A stretch of 38,329 bases of DNA from Saprolegnia diclina VS20 (taxonomy: Eukaryota). The DNA lies in the NCBI RefSeq assembly GCF_000281045.1, contig NW_008246077.1, forward strand, positions 981,939-1,020,267, given 5' to 3'. Made by a program: the position numbers and the translations under genes. The notes under the pieces were generated by a model, which was not told the DNA's origin, searched no databases, and saw only the letters and a program-made list of their open reading frames with translations. This document shows, in pieces, positions 1 through 10,600 of the stretch. Within the stretch, counting starts at the first letter, position 1; the number at the start of each line of letters is the position of its first letter.

Positions 1-499
1 GTATCGGCCTCAGCACCACAGCCATGCCACGTCACGACCATATTGCATCAAGCGCCATGGCATCTCGATACATTTTACTCAGCTGCAATTGCCTTGGATG
101 AGGCTCCACGCAGGATGGACAAATTTGTGCATGTTTGCTGATGAGGTTTAGCCTTTTGCTATGCTTGTTCAGTCCATTGTTGCACTTGAGGGGGCGCGTA
201 GCCTTAGTCGTCCGTCGTACAGAAGCGACCAAGGCGGCACCCGCTCGTGAACGCTTCGCCACGTTGCTGTGTCGAAATAAAAGAAGGCAGCCTGCTGGGG
301 ATACTAACTGAAACGGCTCAAAACCCTTTCTATTTTACGGACAACAGGCACCAAAACCTAGCCCCGTCTCTGAGGGACTATTGTCGAATGTCATGAATTG
401 TAGAATGTCTATATTCTTAGACTCAAAATCCGTCCGGACGTTAATCCGGTCGACATCAGATTCGAGGAAGCGTTGCCAAAACCGTCGCGAGTGCGAAGG

Positions 500-3400
500 A
501 TGCCGGTCCGTAGCGTCCCTCTGCGCCGTTGGTTTTGTCGGTCCCGCCAGCCCCCCGTCATTGCTCCGAGCTTACCGGAACCAGACGTGTCAGAGCCGGA
601 CGCGTCCGATTCCGATTCGTCGTCGAGCGAGGAGCTGGATGAACCACGAGCCGTCGACCCGAGCGATGCAACAACGTCCATGGCGCAGTTGCTGCACGAA
701 GGCAAGAAGCCTCGCGTCGTCGAACGCCTTGAGCAGCCTACGGTCTCGGTGGACGAGCTTGAGCACGAATACAAGGTCTGCTATGGCATCATCGCACTTG
801 TTTGGCGGATGGCAAACTGTGGGTGTGTAGAAGCGCGATGTCTTGAGCACAGCCATTGTCATCGGAGAGACGAAGATTGTGGAGCTTATTCTGGCTCGCC
901 CCGAGCTCCAGACAATGCCAAAGGTGTGTTTGGTTCGTAATCGGATCTCTGAGTCGGGCTAGTACCTTTGGAATCCTGCCATCGTCGCCACCATGCGCGA
1001 CCAGCTCGAGATCTTAAAGTGTCTGTCGACGCACTCACCTGCATTGCTGGCATCCATCCCAGACGCAGTACCTTTCACTGTTCCTCGTACCGAAATGACT
1101 ATTGTCTCTAGTGCGACCCACCAACGCGTTCGCGGGGTTCGCTCCTCCACTACGCCGCCAGACACTGCGCCCGTCGAATACTTCCGTGGCTCTTGACGCA
1201 GTCTCTCTCGGTGGCGTCCATCGACCAGGTTGGTCCCATCTCGTTCACGCATCTCAAAGTAGCGCACTGTAGCGCGGGAACACGCCGTTGCATGTTGCGA
1301 CCGAGAGCGGCAACGTTCAAGGCCTGGCTTTGCTTTTGAGCGCGGGTGCCAGTGTCCGCGCAACCAACAACGTACACAGTACGCATCGACTTGCAGCTTG
1401 AGACGCGTGGATACTAGAGCGGTGACTCGGCACTGCATGTGGCTATGAAAATGCTCGACCAAGGAGACGACAAAATCAAGGTGGTTGAACGTCTCCTTGT
1501 GGCCAATGCCGCGTTGAACGTACGCAACAAGGTAGCAAAACCACTAAAACTATCGTCGTGACTGTACGAATTCCACCAGGCGGGCAAGGCGCCAGCAGAC
1601 CTGACAGACGACCCGACTGTCCTCGAGCTGTTGGCGCAAGAAGCGGCCTTCCGATCACAGTTTCCGCTGCATTGCGTAGCCCGGGCCAACGATGTGACAG
1701 CTTTGAACGCTTGGCTGACCGAAATGACGGGTCACGAGCCCGCGAACGCAAGCGATCGAATCCTGCGAGAGATCTCGCGAGTTGACAAGGTACATGGATC
1801 GCCCTTCGTTGCTCAGCTTTGCGTAGGACGGCAAGACCGTGGTGTTGCACGCTGTCGACGCCCTCGACCACTCTAGCGTGGCCGACCAAGTCCTTTCAAA
1901 GCTTCTACCGTACTGTTCGCGCGAGTGCTTGGCCATGAAAGACACGGCAACGCGGCTTTCCACTACTTGTCTGAGTGGGCATGTCTAGGCGGGACGGGAT
2001 GCGCTGACGTATTTGGCGGAAAAAGATCTCGCCTTCTCCACCTCGGCTGGCAACCTCAGCAACATGGCGCTTGTCCAGTCCTTCGATGCTGTGGCCCGAG
2101 CGACAAGCCTCATGCCCAATTTTGTACGAGTTGCACGCTGATTACTATGATGGACTCGTGGCGGCGTAGACAGCATCGGGATTGCTGTTTCGGGGCGCCA
2201 CCGCATCGATGTCGGCCCAATCTACCAATCTGGCGCAGCTCGCTGCCGACGACATGTGGGCCAAAGTGGCAAGCATTGTTGCCCATATAAAGTGTGACGG
2301 CGTCCACGACTTTGACAGCAACGTTCGTTGTCTTGAGCTTTCGAGACAGCAGTGTACAACGTGACGGGATAGGGTTACACGGTGCTGCACTACTGCTGTG
2401 TCAAGCACAAACCGGACGTGTTGCAACAAGTGTTGAAGAACATTTTTCTCGATGTAGAAATCAAGACGCGCGACGCAGTATGTCCTCGAACTACAGTACT
2501 ATAGAGATGTATAGCCTTCTTGATGCGACGCTAGGACCACAAGACTGCGATGATGCTGGCCGACGAGCACGGTGCGCTCGAGTGCGTGCGCCTCCTGCTC
2601 CAGCATGGTGCCCACCACGGGTTCACCGAGCCCTACTCGGCGGTACTCGTCGGTCGCGTCGGTCGCACTCACTGGTAATGTAGACGCGCGTGCTCGAAAT
2701 CCGGGAGCGCGGCAGTCCGAGCGAGCGTCTTCGTTGCGACAACTGGGAGCTGGAGCAGCTCTTTCCCGCCTACTACCTCGTGCAGCTGCACAGTATCGAT
2801 GAGGCTCGACAATGCATTGAGGTTGTTGCACTGCATCATATTGCATCATATTAGTCCTTTGACGTTACCGAGGTATCGATGCTAGGAAGGCAAGTCACCA
2901 CTGCACGTCGCACTGGGAAAAACGCTGGGGCCGGCGTGAGACGAGCTCTTTGCGCGAGACGACGTGGATGTCGATGCAAAAACCAAGGTGCAAACCGCGC
3001 CTCCCCAATGCAATACGAATGATGCTGTATGTAGCGGGGTGAGACGGCGCTTATGCTTGCAGTGACGCTCCAAGGCCCCAAGAGTGTCGGGCTCACCAAG
3101 TGCATGCTTCAAAAAGGCGCCGACGTCAATCTCACGGCCAATGTACCTGTCTTGAAAGGATGCGGCGACCTCAAGGCTTGCGTAGGATAGCAAGACGGCA
3201 CTCGAGATCGCAGCCCATCGAAACAAACTCCGCGTCGTCCAAATCCTCCTCGAGCACTTTGCAGATTTACCCCCCATGACGGTGCGACTATGTTTCTTGC
3301 CGTCGCCCGTCTCAAAGGGATATGGAAAGAACGGGAGCTGGCCGTACGCCGACAGGATATGTGACGTTTTGAAGAAGGAGGTCGCTGCGCGCGCCACGTC

Positions 3401-5718
3401 ACAAGCGTATCGCGACCACTTGCTGACGCGCCTGGTGGAGGTGCCAACGGAAGCGGCCTTTCAGCAAGAAACCTTTCATACGGTGCTGTGGTGCAGCTCC
3501 GAGCTCGCAAAGGCGCTCCTGGACGACTGCGTCAGCATGAGTCGTCACGAAGCTACGTTTTCCAATGTATGGTTTATCATTTAAAATGAGGCGATGCTCA
3601 GCAGGAATATGGTAGCTCGACATTATCTTTGGTCGTCGCAGCCAAACGAGTGCGCTCCACACCATTCTCAATGTGAATCTCAAGGACGCAACCGAGTCAT
3701 TTCTGGCTCAAAAGGCATGTCTTGAACATGTCGTTTTTCGATGACTTCTCGAGATCAAGTGGGAGCTCTTTGGCCGGCGCATGTATGTGGAGCGCCTCCT
3801 TTTGCACTTGCTGCTCCTCGTGACGATGACGATATCGTCCATTCTTTTTGGTGACGAGCCGCCGTCGTCCACAAGCTATGGCATCGGGCTCACAACAGTT
3901 CTTTTGAGTGCCGTTGGGTACGTCGCTGCGCAAGGTCTTCGCCCGCGGGTCTTCCTCCAGCTCTCCGGCGAGCCGCAATCCAATGCTGCGTTTGTGCGGT
4001 GGTGCCTCGCGGGGTGTACCGTAGTCGTCACCGTGACTTTGGCGGCACTGGTCCTCCGCTTTGCGGACGAGTTGTCCATCGAAAGGTGGTTTGCGACCTT
4101 CAACAACGCCGTGCTCGGAGCGACGACCATGTACTTTATCATCCACGAAGTGCACGAAATCAAGGCCGTCGGTGCGCGCAAGTACTTGGCATCGCCAATT
4201 AACGTCGTCCAGGCGGTCTGCTACGCCGTCATCCTCGGTTTCTTTGTGCCAATGAAGCTACGCTGGCTACCCGCCTCGATGCAAGCCCAAGTTGGGGTCG
4301 GTGCGCTTCTCACCTTGGTGCTCTGGGTCCTTTCGCTGCAGTTTTTGGAGGTCGTCTCGTCCGCGAGCTACCTCCTTCCCATGATGGCACACCTCTTTGG
4401 CGACATTTGGAATTTCTTTCTCATTTTTGGCATTTTCCAAATGGGCTTGACGCTTGTCTTCTACCAGCTTTTCGTACTCAACTCGGACGCCGCCTTTCGC
4501 TCGATTGGTCAGTCGTTCCTCTCGACGTACTTTGTCGCGTTTGGCCAAGTGCCACTGAGCTCGCTCGATGCGTTTGCCAACACGGCAGAGATGTACGACG
4601 TCCTGTACATGGGCGCAGCGCTCCTCATGATGACGCACTCGGCCATCATGGTCGTCGTCCTTCTCAACGTGCTTCTTGCCATGATGAACCAGACGGTCGA
4701 AGGCAGCCTCGCCAACGCCAAGACACAAGCGCTCATTAGCTACGCTCAGAGCATTCTGCGGCTCGAAGGCGCTATGAACCTCAACGAGGCCGCAACGACC
4801 GAGCTCACCCACGTTACTGACGCGGATGGCAAGCTTGTCTTGCACCCGATATTCACGGAACGCGTGCCCACGGCAGAGCTGAGCATTGCGCCCAACCAAG
4901 TCGACGCTCTCGTGGAAGTGACCCGCCGCCGAGTGCTGTGGCGGACTCAACTGGACGGGCTGGACACCATGGTCGCTTACTCCATGTACGAGTTTCTTCA
5001 GGGAGTGTGCCACGTTAGTCGTTTTACCGAGTTGGACGTGGCGACTGTCTTTGACCGAGAATTACGGGTCCTTCAAGATACGCGCGCTCAGATTACAAAG
5101 GCCATCAGGACGGCGCGCTACAGCCGTAGCCACTTTAGAGACCAGATCTTGCCCAAGCTCAACAAGGTCATGACCAAGCAGCTCCGGCTGTGCACGGCGC
5201 AGATCGCATCTCTGTGGCGACGCGTGGACGCCACCAAGGATTTGGACGAACACGACATGTGCGCCCACCTCTTCCTGCTCAGTCACCACGTGAGCGTGGA
5301 CGCAGCACTCACAAACATGAAGGACGCCATTTTGTCTGAGCTCGATCGAATCGATGGGTGGTCCGACAACCCCGGCGAAGAGAAGTGGCGGGCGATGCCT
5401 CCATTGCAGTCGAAGCTCGAGGTACTCCAGACGATATCAACCAGCCACACCAACCAGATCGGCGTGATGACGGATCACATGAGGTTGGTACAGTCCGAGC
5501 TCGTGACGCTTCGAGAGACGGCGACGACCCAAACCAAGCAGATCGAGATGCTGTCAGCGCATTTGGAGGCGATGGCAACGCACTTCGGCGCCGTGGCCAA
5601 GCAACTGGGAGCTGTGCATCAGCAAGGCGAAAGTGCGGGTCGAAGGAACGAGACAGCCCAAAGCATGGCTGGTGACGACGACACGGATGGACACCAACGC
5701 AATATGCTAGACGCTTGA
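500..5718 (+). pseudogene. Ankyrin-repeat TRP-like cation channel (about 17 short introns) carrying two in-frame TGA codons; probable recent pseudogene or read-through candidate
   Basis: Manual splicing gives ankyrin exons such as 1273-1371 RGNTPLHVATESGNVQGLALLLSAGASVRATNN, 1418-1531 SGDSALHVAMKML...AALNVRNK and 3035-3142 RGETALMLAVT...GADVNLTAN. A long last exon (3616-5718) has a pre-S1 LLEIKWELFG motif, about 6 hydrophobic segments, a pore-like segment and a TRP-type S6 motif VVLLNVLLAMMNQT. In-frame TGA at 2937-2939 and 3742-3744. The start codon is uncertain (ATG at 500 or an upstream exon). Confidence 0.75.
3781..5718 (+). CDS. Intact ORF covering the TRP-like ion-transport (6TM plus pore) domain and a C-terminal coiled coil of the locus above
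   Basis: 645-aa ORF with multiple TM helices, an S5-pore-S6 pattern (FFLIFGIFQMGLTLVFYQLF...FRSIGQSFLSTYFVAFG...LLNVLLAMMNQT) and a heptad-rich C-terminus. Confidence 0.7.
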   Translation: MYVERLLLHLLLLVTMTISSILFGDEPPSSTSYGIGLTTVLLSAVGYVAAQGLRPRVFLQLSGEPQSNAAFVRWCLAGCTVVVTVTLAALVLRFADELSIERWFATFNNAVLGATTMYFIIHEVHEIKAVGARKYLASPINVVQAVCYAVILGFFVPMKLRWLPASMQAQVGVGALLTLVLWVLSLQFLEVVSSASYLLPMMAHLFGDIWNFFLIFGIFQMGLTLVFYQLFVLNSDAAFRSIGQSFLSTYFVAFGQVPLSSLDAFANTAEMYDVLYMGAALLMMTHSAIMVVVLLNVLLAMMNQTVEGSLANAKTQALISYAQSILRLEGAMNLNEAATTELTHVTDADGKLVLHPIFTERVPTAELSIAPNQVDALVEVTRRRVLWRTQLDGLDTMVAYSMYEFLQGVCHVSRFTELDVATVFDRELRVLQDTRAQITKAIRTARYSRSHFRDQILPKLNKVMTKQLRLCTAQIASLWRRVDATKDLDEHDMCAHLFLLSHHVSVDAALTNMKDAILSELDRIDGWSDNPGEEKWRAMPPLQSKLEVLQTISTSHTNQIGVMTDHMRLVQSELVTLRETATTQTKQIEMLSAHLEAMATHFGAVAKQLGAVHQQGESAGRRNETAQSMAGDDDTDGHQRNMLDA

Positions 5719-6158
5719 ACGGAGCAGAAGAGGTCGTCGCGCCATTTTGCATCGCGAGCACGTCTGGCAGCTGTAAGTTGTCAAAGAGCCTGCTATGGAA
5801 GTCGAGTACGAATTCGGCGTCATCGAAAGAGCGTCAATCTGCGGACGTGTAGTTCATGCGAGGAGGAGCTGTGCGTTGTGCTCCCAGGCCGTTTGCATCA
5901 GCCAGGCAATCACAGCTTCGACGAGGCTCGCGGTGCTTCTCAGCGTTGCGTCCTGCGTGTTCCAAGTTGCTCGTTCGAGTGTGGGCCCTATGATCCGACT
6001 CTAGAGCGGCCATCGGCGCGCCGTCAAGTACTGCCGCCCGCATCTTTGCCGCTTGCAGCTGCAGTGCGATTTACTCGTTGGCGGTAGTCGTCCGCATCTT
6101 CGCCCGTGCACCGCACTTTGCGCTCTTCCTTGTGCACAGAAAGGCACGCCTCGTGTCC

Positions 6159-7326
6159 TCAAGGTGAGCTCGCTGGGATCGTCAATGGCATGCTAGTGCA
6201 ACTCAAATGATCGTGCATGCCCTTGCCGTACGAGCAGGCGGAATCCCCCACGTCGAGAAGCTCGTCGGAGTTAGAGCCCAAACATGATGTCGGATACAAC
6301 ACGCCACCCGAAACATAGAACACGGAGTTGTCGGCTGAGTCGCTACCACCTACTGGACTACGACTGGGGGGCTGGGTGCCTTTGTTGCGGACGTACGCCA
6401 CGCGGCTCTTGACTTGTCCTGCCGACGGCATGTTTCTCATCATGTACAGATCATGGGCATAGTCGAGGCAAAGGCGCTCGAGAATGACCTTGGGTCCTGC
6501 CTTGGTCATCGCCAGAGCGTCGACACGGTCCCGTAGCGTGGGCTCAATGCCGCTGACGTCGACGGATTCAGCATGCGACGTGCGGCTTTTCTTTGCGCTC
6601 GGCGCGTCGTCGGAATCGTCCGAGGAGGCAGCGTTGTGGCGATGGCGCTCATCCACGCGGAACCCGACGCATTGCTTTCGGACGACCTTGGCAACGATGC
6701 GCAACTCGTACTTGCACTTGCCGCATCGGTGGTGCGACGGCGTCTTGCAGCCGTAGACCTTGCCGCCACCAAGGTTGTTGAGCGGGTAGATGACGGTCAA
6801 TGAGATTCCCAGCTCGCGTTGCCGTTGCTTGACCCAATGTTGCGCTTCCTTCATCGTCGTAGTGTAGTGTAGCTGAACAAACTTTGCGTCCGGACCGTGC
6901 CCGGGCAGCACGGGTGGACCACTGGACTCGGATGGCACCGAGCTGGCTGCACCAACGATCTCTTGGTCACGAGCTTGGGGGATACGTGTGCTCGGGATCA
7001 GACTGACCATCGACGACCACTGCATCGATATCCGCTTGTGATACCAGAGCCGCGTGGTCCCGCAATGCTGTGGTAAGCGCAATGCGTAGAGCGGCTCGAG
7101 AGACCGTCACATCTCCGACGCCAAGGTGACGGCGGTCAATGTCGTCTTCACTGCTGGTTGGTCCGCTCGCCGAGATCGGGACGGAAGAGTCGTTGCTCGT
7201 AGCTAGCGCGCTGCGGTGGCAACTGGCAGCTGACGTCGAGACACGGGCCACCGGGAACACTTGCGCTGCAGGGCGACTGTGACTAGCAGAAGCGCTGCGC
7301 TTCGACATGTAGCGATGGGTAGCCAT
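6159..7326 (-). CDS. Uncharacterised protein with a FAR1/WRKY-GCM1-like (MULE transposase N-terminal type) zinc finger
   Basis: The ATG at 7326 joins ORF 6159..7082 through a 43-nt GT-AG intron (about 6985-6943). Motif YGC...CGKCKYELRIVAK...FRVDERHRHN, followed by a helical segment GPKVILERL...PSAGQVKSRVAYVRNK. No DDE domain seen. The 3' end is uncertain, with possible extra exons at 5800-6150. Confidence 0.5.
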
Positions 7327-7416
7327 GCTCGGTGTGTGATGGGCGGGCGAGCTCCGTCCAATTCTAGAGCCGACTGACTATTGATAATGATCGAAACGCT
7401 TGGCCACCGCCAACTC

Positions 7417-7477
7417 CTGGGACAAGACGCTGAGGTTGACTTTGCTAAGCAAACTCTACCTCAGCGTCTTGTCCCAG
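7417..7477. repeat. 61-bp near-perfect inverted repeat (palindrome/hairpin)
   Basis: CTGGGACAAGACGCTGAGGT (7417-7436) is the exact reverse complement of ACCTCAGCGTCTTGTCCCAG (7458-7477). The inner 21 nt also pair, with two mismatches around a central A at 7447. Confidence 0.95.
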
Positions 7478-7624
7478 CCTTCCTCGCCGTCGAGTGAGGC
7501 GTACACTGCATGCTCGAGCTACCGTAATGCAAGATGCAACCGTTTGTGGCTGTTCTACCCTACCCCTGCGAGCCAGTGATGATAGTACGAGACTCGTACG
7601 TTGAGCGTATTATATTCAACGACC

Positions 7625-10600
7625 TTAGGATTGTCCATAGCCAAACGCAAAGTCGGCCTTGAGTGGCTTGTCTTGGCTGTCGCGTCGGGACTTGCGGCGC
7701 TCGGCCTTGAGCTTGCGTTGGAAGTCCTTGACGCGCTTCCGAAAGCAATAGAAAGCGGACCAGCCAATGAGGATCGCCAGCGTGATGAGCGCCACAAAGG
7801 AGCCGGTGTAGCGCTCCCACGTCGTCGGCTCGTAAATCTGAAGGTGGCAGCTCACGAAGCGATGGTGGTCGTCTTCAAGGCCCTCGAACCCACTCGCACA
7901 CTTTCTTGTCCCAAAGAGATACCCGGATGGAATCGCTCGGCTGAACGGGTCGGACCACGGCTTGGTGCAGAGCTCGCCAGTCTTTGTACACGTCGGCTCG
8001 TCGTACCGCAGTTTGCAGAGGCACGTGCAGCGCTGCGGCAGCGTGCAGTTGCCTTGGCCCAGGAGCGCACCGTTGTACATCTCCTGACCCCACCGGCCGC
8101 CCTTCATGCCACACGGGTCGTTCTCAAACGCGTAGACCTATGCACAGCATGGTCCGAGTCGACAAGAATCTCCATTGTACCTTGTTTTCATCGAGCGTAA
8201 AGAGCTGCTTACGGATCGCCGGTGTCACCTGGACCTTGCACACTGGCGTCTTGCAGTCGTAGCCCGTCCAGCCTTCGGCGCAGGCGCAGAGATCGGGCGC
8301 GACGCACTGGCCGCCGTTGGCGCAGCGGTAGCACCCCTCGCGGCCGACGGGGTCTTGATCGAAGCAGTTGGCGTCGAAGAAGCCTTGCACACATATGGCT
8401 ACGATGTACGATCAAGTCATCGCCTACGCTTTCGGTCGTCTTGTACCCATGGAGCAGCTCGAGCCGGCCCAGCCCGTCATGCCCCGGGGTGCGGCCGAGT
8501 ACTTTTGATGCAGAATCGACGGCGACTGGATGCACTGGCACGTGTCCTTCCCGACGCACACGCCGCTGTGCTGGCACGAAGTGACGGCCCCGGACGGCGT
8601 CGGAAACCGGCAGAGCGGCGTTTGGCAGTCAAAGCCGCTGTAGCCGTCACCGCAGCTGCACGTGTCGGGCGCGATGCACGAGCCGCGGTGGAAGCACTCG
8701 TACACGCCTTCGCCTTGCCCGCTCGTTGCGTGGTTGATGCGCACTTGGCGGTTGGAGAACTCGCCTTGCTGCCATGCCATGACGCGGCAGAGCGACGACG
8801 CCGACTGCCGGCCGTTGTTGAGCACGTCGTTGTACGCGTCCCAGTTGCGCTGCCGGAGCGCATTGTCTCCGCCAAACGTAGGGTTGACATACGGAATACC
8901 GGGGCAGCCCGACTGAAACGACGTGCCGTCGTTCGAAGTCACCTCGACGTCGTACTGCGGACACCGCACGCGCGTGCAGTTGACCTTGCCAAGGCTCCCT
9001 AGCGATAGGTTCAGCAAATGCGCCCGCGACGATCGAGCACCTCGCAACGCGACAAAGTTTGCGTCCGACCGCGCGACGTTCAAGACGAACGCTTCGGCCT
9101 GTGTGCAGATGGGCGTGTTGCAGTCGTAACCAGTCCACCTACGCCCGTCCAGAACGACGACATGTCAACCGTACACCTAGCAAACACGCACCCCGTGCGT
9201 TGCGGGGACCCACTCGGCAGCGCAAAGATCGGAAGTCCGCCGTTCTGGCGGCCGTCGCGCCAGCCCGACGGCCACGTCACACACGCGCACGTGTCCTACG
9301 CCGTGGAGAACTATCAAGTTGATAATAATATCGACGCGTGTACCGGCGCCACACAGAGCCCATTGTTGCGGCAGTCTTGGGCGCAAATGGCCACGTTGCA
9401 ACTGGCGCCGGTCCAGCCCAAGTCGCACACACACCGGTTGGGGTTGGTGCACGTGCCGTGGACGCAGGCAGGCACGCAGATCGGCACCGAGCAGTCGGTG
9501 CCCGTCCAGCCAGCTGCACAGACGCACGTGTCGGGGGCCACGCACGTCCCATTGTTGTAGCAGCCGCGAAGCACTCGGTCGACGCAATCGTTTGCATAGC
9601 TCGTGATGGTGCGCGACGCTTTGATTGCAGTGTACTGCAGTATCGGGCGGTAGCTTGCGTCCGGGTCCACCGACACGGTCGCCGCGTCGCAACTGCGCTG
9701 GAACTGGACGAGGCATGTGCCTTTTTGCCACTGGGTCGGCGACAGATAGCGCCAAATACCGTTGCGGGTGTACCCCATCTGCGTGTTGTCCCACACTGGC
9801 GCCGACTTTTCGTACAAAGGCGGCCAGTACATGCGGGAGTCCATGTAGAGCGAGTAGTAGTTGGGGAAGTCCCAGTAGTACGCCCGCGACGTCGGCGTCG
9901 ATGGCTTCTCGAATTGCGTCAGGCTCCGGATCGAGCACGCGTACCCGCCTTGCCGACCGCCGCTGGTCAAGAAGCCGACGCCCCCGACCGTGGCTGTCGT
10001 TGCCGTGTACTGGTCCCACGACAGTACCTCCGTTGTTTGCACATACGTCGGGTTGCCATTCGACGATGGGTGCCCGGAAGCTGCGCTGGCAACCGGGTCG
10101 GCCGCCACCAGTGTCGGTTGCGCCGGTGTATAGTACCCTAAGTGTGTATTCTGGCGAGAGCGACAAGCATGTAAGCAAAGTACCTTGTCGGCAGACGGGC
10201 ACGCGGCAGTCAAACCCCGCCCAGCCCGGTGCGCAGACGCAGATGCCGGGCGCGGAGCAGTTGCCGTTGTTGGCACAGACGTAAACACCTTGGACGACGA
10301 CGCGGAGCTCGACTTGTGCGAGTTGTCGGTCGACGCTGGCCGTGTACGGTGGTGTCGTCAGCGAGCCGGGACTCAGGACGGGGGCACCCGGATACGAGAG
10401 GTTGAGCGTGTCTTGGCCGTACGGTGTGCGCGGCGAGTAGCGCTGGTAGAGCGTACTCCGACTGTGCTCTTGCAAGTACGTGAACGGACTCAGCGCATTC
10501 GCCCGCAGCTCGAGCAAGCTGCAGTTGGATACGACGGACGTTGGTCGCTGGGCACAGTCAAAGCCGTTGGTCGCAGCGCACCACGCTTCAAAGCTGCAGG

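Noticed and set aside
32..262. 76-aa minus ORF at the window edge
   Set aside because: GTG start and no recognisable motif, so it cannot be supported.
2937..3744. Selenocysteine decoding of the two TGA codons
   Set aside because: The positions do not look like Cys or redox sites, and no SECIS-like element was recognised downstream of 5718.
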